Shown here: positions 36,985 to 48,737 of the stretch, in pieces | Position numbering within the stretch: the stretch's first letter is position 1 | How the letters are laid out: every line of letters begins with the position of its first letter | NCBI RefSeq assembly: GCF_036365525.1 | Contig: NC_090372.1 | Location: 17,013,630-17,077,629, forward strand | Length of the DNA stretch: 64,000 bases | DNA from: Heterodontus francisci | Taxonomy: Eukaryota | Reading direction: 5' to 3' | Notes under the pieces: model-generated | Seen by the model: the letters and a program-made list of their open reading frames with translations, nothing else | What the model was told of the DNA's origin: nothing | The model's database searches: none | Program-made: the position numbers and the translations under genes

Positions 36985-37400
36985 TTCCTATGACGGGAAA
37001 GGTGATAATGGGATGTCTAGTTTGGCTATCCATTCCATGGCCTCATGAGATGCAGAGTTGAGGAATGAGGTGCTTCCTGCAACAAATCTTTCTGGACGGG
37101 CTGATGGAATGTGTTCCATGGTCTGGGACTCAGGGTCACAACTGCACTTCATGTCATCCCTTATTTTCCACTTGTGGAGGAGGTGGCTGTATCGCCCATG
37201 CCCTGTGTGGATTTGGTTGAGCACTGTCCACTGTCTTAGAGAGCAGTCGAAGCCAGGGACCTCTGTTGGGTCAGTGATGAGGTGGTGGTTCTTTACACTG
37301 CCTGCGTCCCAACTTGATTAATGAGCTGGTGTTCCCAAGGACTTCGGGATACAATGGTCATAAGTGGTGTTGCAATATTGCAGCCAGACCTTGAAACAGC
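36985..37400 (-). mobile_element. 3' fragment of an Ingi/Vingi- or RTE-X-like non-LTR retrotransposon
   Basis: WTVLNQIHTGHGRYSHLLHKWKIRDDMKCSCDPESQTMEHI resembles the C-terminal LNR.RTGHGR...KW...C.CG..QT..HI...CP motif. Confidence 0.6.
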
Positions 37401-38005
37401 TTGGTCTTTCCATGGAGAGGAAGCAGGGAAATACACTGAAGTTACAACACGGAGACAAATCATTCAGCCCAATCAGTGTCAGCATTTACTCTTCATACAG
37501 GAGGATCTAACTTCAGGATTTATTTACACCACTTCTTCACTCAAAGCAATGACCTTACAGGGTAGTTCAGCTTAGCAGCTGAACATCAATCATGCTCCTG
37601 ACTACCGATAACACACAAATGCTCAGAGAGTATGAACAAAACAGAAGCTTTCAGTACGCCTCATGCAGTAATTGTGGTTCTAGCCATACATACATTATTT
37701 GAGTCTTACTCTCTCCAACAGCAAGTTTCCATATTTAGGTGAATGAACTCAAGCCTTGATGTCACTTCATGAGTGTATTTTGGTTATCTAGCTTAATCTT
37801 CAAAAAACTAATGTTGTGTGAAATATTGCTAGGAGTGATTTGCAAAACAGAAAAACTTTTCATTTGTTTTACAGACAATACAACTAAAAATTGGTCATAC
37901 TCTGCACAATTAGTAACTTAAGTTGTGCCCATGAGCTTCCTCACATAATACTGCAATAGGTTATGCCAGTATAATACTTAACAATGAATCAATTATATTG
38001 CCTAT

Positions 38006-38564
38006 TGTGGGAACAGAATTTTGGGGAACAGAACTTGGGGACATTTAAAGTGAACTAATCAATTAAGTATAGCCTACTAACAAAATAACTTTAGAGCTTC
38101 AGCAGACAGCTTATCAGAAATTAATAGTAGCCTATTCAGTGCTGCAGGGACAACTTATCAGTAGAAGCAGACTAACAAGCAGAAACTAACAGGACAGCTG
38201 CAGACTGCTTAATAGTAGCCTATTGTATAACAATCAGCCTAACGGTCCAAGGAGATAGGGGGATGAGAAACTGCTAGAGGAGAAGGTGACAAGGCAGTAC
38301 CCCAATCAGGCCCTGACACCAAGAAACTGCAGAGTTTGTAAACCAATTGGGAACATGAAGGGGGTGTCACTGATTTGTATGAAGAACTATAAGAAAGGCT
38401 TGATTTCCCTACGCAAGTAGGAAGGGTGAGGAGGAGAGGTGTTATGTTCGTTTTGCTGATCTGATGATGTAACCACTAAGTACTACAATAAAGTTTCTTA
38501 AAGCTATAGTCGGACTTCGTCTCTCTTTGTGCAATTAATGAAATCCTACAACTGAGATCCAACA
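38006..38564 (+). mobile_element. Solo LTR
   Basis: TG...CA ends (TGTGGGA / TCCAACA), perfect 5-bp TSD CCTAT at 38001-38005 and 38565-38569, CCAAT at ~38302 and ~38343, TATAAGAA at 38388, AATAAA at 38487. Confidence 0.88.
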
Positions 38565-40848
38565 CCTATCGTATTTGAGCACACAGCACTCAGATAACAG
38601 TAATTATCAGCATGGAAATATACAAGAATGAGCATGAGGTTCTTTTATAGTTTTCACGATTTAATATGACTGCAAACTCATATCCAAATTTTTTAAAATA
38701 TTATCTGCTGCAGTTCTTGTAATTTCACAATTGATTACTTATTTTAAGTATTTGAAAATTAAGGATTCAGATTGGAAAAAAAACTATGTAAACCTATCCT
38801 CCTCCAGCAGGTGAGCAACAATGGTGATGGAATTCTGCACTACTACATGAGGTTAACCTGCAGCAGGTAAAAGCAAAGGATGAAAAAGTAATTCAAACAG
38901 GAGCAGAAACACCTCTTCCACCACCACACAGTGGCACATAATCCATTTATGTTACCAGGCGACTGGAACAAAGCTGTGATTTGTATAAGTACAACAAACT
39001 TCATCGCTTAAACGTCACTGCATCCTGCATACCAAACTGAAAAGAAATTCTCACCAAAGTATAAAGAAACACAAAGCTACCTTTTCAGATTTACAGTCTG
39101 AAGAGGTTTGAAAGAACTTTAGCCTAGATTGAAATACAGGGAATCTAAATAAGCTTATTGCAGACAATCTTAGGTGGATTTAGAAGGTGGGCAGCCAATT
39201 GTAAGATTGCTCGGCACTCAGATAAACGATCAAGTAGTGATACTCGAGTAACACACAGTACTGGTTAAATAGTACTAAGTAGTCTTGTTTTGTTTCTCAA
39301 ATTACTTAAATGTTGCTGCAGTACGGTTGACCACCTGCCTTTCAGCTCTGAGTAAGTACAACAGATATCCTGTGGTTGTTAAATAGAAGGCTGGTACATC
39401 TGGATGTTTTGCTGATAGCGTGGAGACAGCCTGCACAATGTTGAGCAATGAAAGCACATTCCATTAGGTGTCTGGAAAGTGACTAGGGTAATACCACTAG
39501 TGCTGGAATATGGATCTAATATAATCCGTTGCATTACAAGCACCTAGTTACAGGACAGACATAGGACATTTAGTCTCTAGTTAATCCTTCCCTCTTAACT
39601 GAAATCCCCAAACTCTAGAAAATTAGATCTCTATTCAGTTTGGAAAATAGGAAAGCCTTGACTTGCAATAACTAACTAACTTAGATAGTCCATCAAAGGT
39701 TCCAGCATAACCCTATCCCAAATTACAGGCCTTTCAACAGCATATCTGCCACAATTCCTGGAGGAGCAGGTGGCAGCCCCCATGAGAATTTGTTATTCTT
39801 TCAAAATTCATAATTTATTCAAGTGGTTAAAAATAAATCTGAATTTTCAGATAAATCTTGTTTTACCTGGAAATAAAAAGTACTTCAAGTCCGAACGCAC
39901 CTACTATTTATCGATACATGGCATGGACAGAGAAAACAGATCACAACATCACATTCATATGCTGTAACGTCATAGCTGTTATATTGCTATAGGTTCAATA
40001 GTTGAAACTTGCAACGCAGGTTTCAATGTAATGACGACTGAAAACCCAGCACACATCGTTGCAAAAGTGCTGCCATGGGTGTGGCTTAATAACTCTTACC
40101 TGAAACTACGCTGGCTAAAACTGGTTTGGTTACTGTAGTTTCTTAAGGACAGATATGGAAATAGTCCAATAGAAACTTCAAAGTCAATTACTGTGCAACA
40201 AAATTCTCTTTGTTTATGTGCAGTTTATTTGTACTATGTTACAGAATCACAGAATTGTTACAGCACATAAAGAGGCCATTCAGCCCATCGTGTCTGCACT
40301 GGCTCTCCGAATGATCAGTTCACTCCGTTCCATTCCCCCACCTTCTCCCGGTAACCCTGCACATTCCTCCTTTACATAGAAGATATTATTCTCTTTTGAA
40401 CGCTTCAATTGAACCTGCCTCCACCACGCTCTCAGGCAGTGAGTTTCATGGGTTTCCATGTCATACTTGCCTTGTCATACAGTAAAAGAAACCATTTAAA
40501 CTTGTCCTAAATCTGAATGGCACCACAACCACAATAATGATGTATTACAGGATATACAATTTATCAATAGGATAAAGTAGATCTTTCTGTAAACTACTAG
40601 AAAATAAGACATATTGCCATGTCATGTTGTAGGATTTTTTTGACCATTTCATGATGGAAAGAGCTTGATGTATACTAAAATGTTACTATATTAAATTTTA
40701 CTTGCAAAGGGTTACATTCTCTAGCAAGAGAGTTAATTGATGCGTAATGCGCAATGGTCATTCCCCTCTTCCTCTCGATAATTTCGGCTAGATATGTCAA
40801 GATGATCTTACTCATTTTGAAAGCAACAGCAGTGAGGAGCTCAGTATG

Positions 40849-41150
40849 CTAGAGGAGCAACAGCTCATCTTTCAATTATGTACCTCACAGCCTTCTGGAC
40901 TCAACGTTGAATTCAACAATTTCAGATGATAACCCCCTGCCTCTGATTTTTCGGATGGTGGCTGATGACGATTCCACTATTCCCATTTACACCTCCCCCA
41001 GACCCATCTTTTTTTTCTTTACTTGTTCCCATTACCATCTCCTTTTGCCTTGGACCATCATCCCATTTCTCCTGCCTTCCACCTTAACATGGACCTTCCC
41101 TTTTGTTCTTTTCTCCCTGCAGACTATTTCCAGCATCTTCTTTGTATATT
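40849..41150 (+). mobile_element. Penelope-like element 3' fragment (end of GIY-YIG endonuclease plus UTR)
   Basis: Translates LEEQQLIFQLCTSQPSGLNVEFNNFR*, like the Penelope ORF C-terminus (E..LIF.LGTL.P.GLN). Confidence 0.7.
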
Positions 41151-41489
41151 AATTTGCTGGGGACTGCTGCAAGCAACCCAGGAGATAACAGGGAAGTAGA
41201 ATTTGTGGTTCATGTCTGTGGATTATCTCTTTACCAGGCCAATAACTGAGCCTTCAATGTGTATATGCATGTAACCTGGGAGGTGTAGTTCCTCACTTGC
41301 TTCTACACTTTGGGGATGGTAAGTCTCTGAGAGCACATAACTACAACTCCCAGAATGCTCTGTCCATCCTGCCGTCCAAACATGACAGCTTGAGAGAAGC
41401 TGAAGGTTGAAAGCAATGATCGGTGGGTTGTGTGTCACTCAGGGGCTGTTAGTCGCTTGATGCTCATACAGAACATCAATATTTTTAAA

Positions 41490-42860
41490 ATTCATTTTAT
41501 GGGATGTGGGCATCGCTGGCCAGTCCAGCATTTATTGCCCATCCCTAATTGCCCTTGAGAAGGTGGTGGTGAGCTGCCTTCTTGAATCACTGCAGTCCAT
41601 GTGGGGTAGGTACACCCACAGTGCTGTTAGGAAGGGAGTTCCAGGATTTTGACCCAGCAACAGTGAAGGAATGGTGATATAGTTCCAAGCCAGGATGGTG
41701 TTTGGCTTGGAGGGGACCTTGCAGGTGGTGGTGTTGTTCCCACGTACCTGGCCCCTTCTTCTAGAGGTCGTAGAGGTCGCAGATTTGGAAAGTGCTGCCT
41801 GAGTAGCCTTGGTGCATTGCTGCAGTGCATATTGTAGATGGTACACACTGCTGTCACTGTGCTTCGGTGGTGGAAGGAGTGAATGTTTGTGGACAGGGTG
41901 CCAATCAAGTGGGCTGCTTTGTCCTGGTTGCTGTAGAGCTTCTTGAGTGTTGTTGGAGCTGCACCAAGCCAGGCTAGTGGAGAGTATTCCATCACACTCC
42001 TGACATGTGCCTTGTTGATGGTGGATAGGTTTTCGGGAGTCAGGAGGTGAGTTACTCGCTACAGGATTCCTAGCCTCTGGCCTGCTCTTGTAGCCATGGT
42101 ATTTATATGGCTACTCCAGTTCAGTTTCTGGTCAATGGTAACCCCCAGGATGTTGATAGTGGGGGATTCAGCGATGGTAATCCCATTGAATTTCAAGGGG
42201 AGATGGTTACATTCTCTCTTGTTGGGAGATGGTCATTGCCTGGCACTTGTGTGACGCAAATGTTACTTGCCACTTATCAACCCATGCCTGGATATTGTCC
42301 AGGTCTTGCTGCATTTCTACACGGACTGCTTCAGTATTTGAGGAGTTGCAAATGGTGCTGAACATTGTGCAATCATCAGCGAACATCCCCACTTCTGACC
42401 TTATGATTGAAGGATGGTCATTGATGAAGCAGCTGAAGATGGTTGGGCCTAAGACACTACCCTGAGGAACTCCTGCAGTGATGTCCTGGAGCTCAGATGA
42501 TTGACCGCCAACAACCACAACCATCTTCCTTTGTACTAGGTATAACTCCAACCAGCGGAGAGTTTTCTCCCTGATTCCCAGCGACTCCAGTTTTGCTAGG
42601 GCTCCTTGATGCCACATTCGGTCAAATTATGTCTTGATGTCAAGGGCAGTCACTCTCACCTCACCTCTTGAGTTCAGCTCTTTTGTCCATGTTTGAACCA
42701 AGGCTGTCATGAGGTCAGGAGCTGAGTGTCCCTGGCGGAACCCAAACTGAGTGTCACTGAGCAGGTTATTGCTAAGCAAGTGCTGCTTGATAGCACTGTC
42801 AATGACACCTTCCATCACTTTACTGACGATTGAGAGTAGACTGATGGGGCTGTTATTTGG
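41490..42860 (-). mobile_element. CR1/L2-group LINE (second family), decayed 3' half
   Basis: PISLLSIVSKVMEG, QFGFR, GVPQGSVLGP, MFADD and MEYSPLAW across frameshifts. Same family at 58975-59827 (+) and 22365-22470. Confidence 0.88.
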
Positions 42861-43154
42861 ATTTGTCCTGTTTGAAGTACGGCAAATCAAATCTTCCCCA
42901 CTGAATGACGCTTAGCGAGAACAAAAAAAAAATAGACCCACAGTAGTTTAGCAGCATGGTTTTAAAAATATGCTGAAAATTACAGTAACTTATGAAATGA
43001 TTTTAATCTACTTTCTTACCAAACTCCTCAGCGTTCTCTCCCCAAATTCAAAACCTGTCTCTTCAACCATACCAGGGGTCATCCTTCCTTACTCTGCTAC
43101 TCCTATTACTGACTTGCTCTGTTAGTGCTCCAAGAATTCCTAATCCAAACACAA

Positions 43155-43790
43155 GAGCACAAGAAATAGGAGCAGGGGTAGACCATATGGCCCATTAAGC
43201 CCATTCTGCCATTCAAAACGATCATGGCTGATCTTAGGTTTCAACTCCACTTTCCTGCCCGCTTCCATATCCCTTGATTCCGAGAGACCAAAAATCTGTC
43301 CATCCCAGCCTTAAATGTATTCAACAATGGAGCATCCACAACCCTTTGGGGAAGAGAATGCCAAAGATTCACAATCTTGTGAGTGAAGTAATTTCTCCTC
43401 ATGATCAGCCCCTTATCCTGAGACTGTTACCCCGTGTTTTAGATTCCCCGACCAGCAGAAATAATCTCTCAGTGTCTACCCAATCCAGCCTCTTTAGAAT
43501 CTTAGAAGTTTCAATGAGATCACCTCTCATTCTTCTAAACACCAGAGAATACGGGCCCCATTTACTTAGCCTCTCATCACAGGACAACCCTCTCATCCCA
43601 GGGACCAATCTAGTAAATCTTCGCTGCACTGCCTCCAATGCAAGTATATCCTTTCTTAAATGTGGAGTCCAAAACGACACACAGTATTCCAGATGTGGTC
43701 TCACCAAAACCCTGTACAATTGTAGCAATACTTCCTTATTCCTGTATTCCAATCCCCTTGCAATAAAGGCCAACATGACATTTGCCATTC
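43155..43790 (-). mobile_element. CR1 LINE 3' fragment
   Basis: VLLQLYRVLVRPHLEYCVSFWTPHLRKDILALEAVQRRFTRLVPG motif plus 3' UTR. Confidence 0.9.
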
Positions 43791-45824
43791 GCTCTAACTT
43801 TTGAAGCCTAAAAATAGTTTTGGAAATCTTCTTTGGCTGCTTCAGCCCCTTTTAAATCACTGGCCACATCTTTTTGAAAAACTGAGCTGCAGGGTCCCTC
43901 TTATTAGCCCATCTGCTTGGCAAGTTGTTCCAAACTAGGCAAATGACTTGGTCCTTTCCAGTAGCAGGGGTGGGAGGAGGGGCGGGAGGGGTCAATAATG
44001 AGAACATAGTTGACAGAAGAACAGGACGGTACATTAGGAAAATAAGAGTGAGTTATCATCATCTGGAAAGCACTGTCGAATGGGGTGGTGGAAGCAGATT
44101 CTAGAATTAAAGAAAGAAAAACTTGCATTTATATAGTGCCTTTCACAACCAGTGGACATTCCAAAGCACTTTACAGCCAATCAAGTATTTGTGAAGTCAC
44201 TGTTGTAATGTAGGAAACATGGCAGCCAACTTGCACACAGCAAGCTCCCACGAACAGCAATGTGACAATGACCAAATAATCTGTTTATTTGTGATGTTGC
44301 TTGAGGGCTAAGTATTAGCCAGGACACCAGGGAGAACTCCCCTGCTCTTCTTCGAAATAGTGCCATGGGATTTTTACGTCCACCCGAGAGGGCAGACAGG
44401 GCCTCGGTTTAACTTCTCAACCAAAAGATAGCACCTCCGACAGTGCAGCACTACCTCAGCACTAGAGTGACAGCCTTGACTTTTGCGAGCAAGTCCTGGA
44501 GTGGGACTCCACGGTTCTCTATTCTGATATTCTGTCACAACTTTCAAAGGGGAATCGGACATATGCTTGAAAAGGAACATTTTGCAGGGCAATGAGGAAA
44601 GAGCAGGGGAGTGGGTCTAATTGCACTAATCTTTCAAAGAATCATCACAGGCACAATGGACTGAATCATCTCCTTCTGTGCTAGAAGATTCTATCTGGCA
44701 CCAGAGAGGCAATAGAGCATTTGAGATTTGTGGCTATAGCTGCAAATAAAAGGCCGTCTAGCTCTCGAATAATTGTATCTCTACCAGTTACCTATTCTCC
44801 TCCTTCTTTTTGTCTCCCTGCGTAACCATTTGCTCAACAGTACCATGGTGTTGCTTAGTATAACCCTGCCCCTCTATCTCCAATCAGACTCTTAAGAACT
44901 TGCACAGTTTCAGGTGCACAGGAATTTCCTGTTCCCCTCTGCTTTTCGTTCCTGCCCTACAATTGGTCGCCCATTTCTCTTGCTTCAGACTTTTCTCTGC
45001 CTGTAGAGTGACCCCCGCCACCCCCGCCCCCCCACCCCCCCCACCTTTGCTGGGGTGTGTGTTCCACGAACCTTCTGTATGGTGTAGAGTGAAACCAGGA
45101 AAGCCCACGTCATGCATGCCACAAAAACAGGGGGTTTTTTTCTGCAACTGCAGTTGCCATTTTCCTAAAGCTCACATCTATAATTTTGAAAGGTAAGTAG
45201 GTCAGTTTTCTTTGGTGTGTGGGTGGGAAGACTGAAAAAGATGGCTAATTTACCTGATAGTACTTCTAACTCGTAGTGATGCCGTCTACAAATTCCTGGC
45301 CCATGATTTGTCAAATCATTGCGTGTGCAAATTAGCAAATCTGAGTATTAGCGTTCATCCAGTTATAAATGCATCTGTCCTCTCCCACCTCATTTTTAAT
45401 AAAAACTGCCACTGAATGATGATACAAAATGTTGCAGAGCTCAAAGAACACCAGGTTCTTTCAACATCCTACACATAATATAAAGCCAAATCAGTGTGCA
45501 AAACATGTTTATAACCCACCACAGCCACAGACAGAGAGGATAGTAATATGGACAGGGGAAGGAAGAGGAGGTTAAAGAGACTTCAACAAGCAATGAGAAA
45601 ACATACGTTATTGAAGAACACTGGGCATGTGATATCACAGGTATAAAATTACCCTCCATTTGAATATAGCGTTATTCTCAAAGTTTATGCTTACCTAGAT
45701 TCACCTGTATCGCTCATCAAAATATTGCAATATGGATAACAATCCTTTTGTTTTGTCAGAATATGTGGATCTGAACATGAAATCCGATAGGATCATGGCA
45801 TTGCAAACACCCACATACTCAATC

Positions 45825-46340
45825 TCTCTTGGCATTTCTTCGCGGACGAAGATTTTGGGAAGGTTGTACTCATTGGTTGCAGGCCCGCTGGTGGCTAGTT
45901 AGGCCTATCCGTGACCAGCAGATTCTCCCACACCGGGTACAAGTGAAGGTATAGTCACTGCTGGGGGCAATTGGATCTATCTATCTCCTTTTCTCTTTCA
46001 TGCTGGTTCTTCGCTCAGTCTCAGAGGTGTCCCTAGCCCTCCTCACTTAGCAGCTCCAGGCATCATGAGCTATGGCCTGTACTTCCCACTGGCGATGGTC
46101 AATCTGGCACACAGAGAGGGACTTCTTCAGGATGTCCTTGAAACATTTGCATGGAGCCCCTCTGTTCCTTTTACCCTTGGTCAGCTCTCCATACAACACC
46201 ATCTTGGGCAGGCGACTGTCGTCTATCCGGGCAACGTGACCCGCCTAACGCAGTTGGCTTTGCAGGAGGATGGCCTCGATGCTGGTGATATTGGCTGCTT
46301 CCAGGACTTCAATGTTTGTGATGCGATCCTACCAGCTAAT
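45825..46340 (-). mobile_element. RTE-clade LINE 3' fragment
   Basis: Minus strand shows decayed LRWAGHVARM...PKMVLYGEL..GKR..G.P.K.FKD-type coding sequence and an RTE-like 3' end. Confidence 0.65.
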
Positions 46341-46344
46341 GGTA

Positions 46345-46412
46345 ATATATTATAATATATAATATAATATATATTATAATATATAATATAATATATATTA
46401 TAATATATTATA
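46345..46412. repeat. AT-only short tandem repeat
   Basis: (ATATA/ATTATA) units with a ~22-bp higher-order period. Confidence 0.9.
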
Positions 46413-46633
46413 ATGCCACATGCTAATACATTATGAAATGTAGCTGAATATTTAACTGACAGGAAATATTATTGTCAGCAAACCAGTGTCACAGTAAACT
46501 GAGCATTGGCAAGCTGTGCTACATCAAATTTATCGCCTCTTTCCTTAGTCAAAAAAACATTTTGCGTATGAATGTGAAAATGATATAGCAAGATGCATTC
46601 TTTTTAAGTTAAGGTCAGTAATGCTATACGTAC

Positions 46634-46815
46634 CTCTTCTTGAGCACAAATATGAGCACTTTGACCCAAAGGATTCTTTTGGGGAAGTGTTACTTTGTGA
46701 GGCAGAGCTGTAATAAGGTGGTGATGAAGAAGATGGCCTGCTGTTCAGTGGAGATGGTGGCGATCTAGCACTTGGTGGTCTGGCGTAAGAGTTTTCTGGT
46801 GGATCATGCGGGGGT
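46634..46815 (-). CDS. MARVELD3-like: MARVELD3-like shared coding exon 2
   Basis: Pro/Ser-rich, ending SKCSYLCSRR|G like MARVELD3 KCKYLCTGR. Acceptor TTTCTGTAG, donor G|GTACGT; 182 nt, phase 2 in and phase 1 out, fitting both terminal exons. Confidence 0.88.
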
Positions 46816-48534
46816 CTACAGAAACAGAACATTTTTAACCCTCATCAAATTTTCATCAGTCTTAAAAGATTTGCAACAGGTTCAAAGTTGACAACTGGGC
46901 TTAGATCACCTTCTGTGCCTGCACTTTTGAACAGTCTAATTGCCCAACAGCCCAATTGAGCACGTCTTTCTGGATCACTGCATACAATACTGTAGAGTAC
47001 CAGTATTCCACTATAAATGTGTGCCATGTTGTTAGCTCATCATTTGTTTTTATAAAACCTCTTCAATAAATAGCTTGCTAGTGCTCAATCTTTCATCTGC
47101 ACTTTTTACTCACCCTACTTTCTCTTTAAAAAAAAATCAGATAGGGTGGGATAATCCATCCCCAGGGCATCTCCCATTTGGATTAGACTTGTCTGGCCCA
47201 ATACTAACACTAGCCCATCACAAATTAGATCACTGCCTTTTTTAACTACCTCACCCACATATTGTGGTGAGCATGTGCACAGGTCCTTATATTTCATTTT
47301 TAAAAGAAATTAGCCAAAACCCAGTTTTGAAACATTTGCTGTAGATTTTTGACGCTACCATGGAATCATTCTGATTGCACAACATTCTTTCCAAAAAGCC
47401 AACTAGGAAGGAGAAAGCAATTTTGATGAATGCACAGATGATCAACATACATTATAGTACAAAAAAAGCCATGGCTTGGATCACGTGTGAAATCTTCAAT
47501 TGCCAAGACTCATTTGTTTTAATAAATCAAAACATGTTCTACATACAGCTTTGACAATAGTTACTTTTATCGAATCATCCCTAAAGTTTGTCAACCAATG
47601 GTCAATTAAGTCCTCCAAACAGAAAAATACCGAAATCAGATATACTGCACGAGGATCTTGCCCCAATTAAGCTTTTGTCTAATAGAAACTCTAATGTTCC
47701 TCAAAGAAAAAAAAAGAACTTGCACAAATGCAGTAACTTTCACATCTTCTGAACATTTCAATTGGCTTCAGAAACAGTGGATTACTTTTGAAATATAGTT
47801 ACTGTCATATAAGCAAATATGACAACCAATTTGCACACAGTACGGTTTCACAAACAGCACATGAACAAATGATCAGACAATCTGTATTTGGTGGCGTTGG
47901 GTAGAGGCTTAAATCTTAGTCAAGACGCCAAACAAATTTTTTTATGTTCACCTGAACAGGCAAACAGATTTAACGCCTCATCAGAAAGATAGCCCCTAAG
48001 ACAATGCAGCACACCCTCAGACTGCACTGACAGATCAACCCCGGTTATGTGGTCATAACCATGCTGGGGCTGGTACCGATAACCATTTGACTCAGAGACA
48101 AGGGTTACTTTCTGAGTCCAGCTGACACCATACATATTATAATGCCCTAAACTCATCAGAAGCCACAGATTACCCCCTGTGAATTCACAATGTCACACAT
48201 TTAAATCCATGTCGAAAATCATATATACTATCATCTCCTACACATTGTATTTCTACTGAATTCTTTCATTCCAAAATATCTGCCTACAAACTGCACAGGA
48301 TTAGGGTAGAAAATGTGATATGCTGTTATGTACTAAACAAGGAAGTATTCTATAAAAAAAAAATGCGCAACTGCATTGAATCTGAATCCATTAGACTTAT
48401 CACTTCATCTGATCTGAAAAAGTAGCTTTGAATTCTCACACACTAAAACTTGTAGATTACTTAAATGTTATTTGGTTGTTATAATAGAGTATATTACATG
48501 ATGGGATGGAAAACAGTTGTAAAATAGAATATAC

Positions 48535-48737
48535 CTTTCACTAGAAGGGTATGATTGCCTAGAAGGATATGGTTTGCTTTGGTGAGACTCTCTGGGATCT
48601 CGGTGATCTTCTCTGCTACGCCTACCAGAATGATTACTCTCAGCATTTGAACGGTCTTGATGTCTTCTTTCTCGATGTGGTCTATTAGAGGGTCGACTTC
48701 TGTCAGAACTTCTTGGAATTTTATTTGCATCAGACAT
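48535..48737 (-). CDS. MARVELD3-like: MARVELD3-like first coding exon (Arg/Asp/Ser-rich N-terminus)
   Basis: MSDANKIPRSSDRSRPSNRPHRERRHQDR... is a charged N-terminus typical of MARVELD3. Donor AG|GTATAT at 48534, 203 nt (phase 2); acceptor TTTTCAG at 48777-48776 implies an upstream non-coding exon. Confidence 0.8.

Noticed and set aside
14064-48535. Chimeric splice from the MARVELD3-like first coding exon to the large exon at 14064
   Set aside because: Phase-compatible, but that has a one-in-three chance; the local exon with Kozak ATG and TATA box is the simpler explanation.
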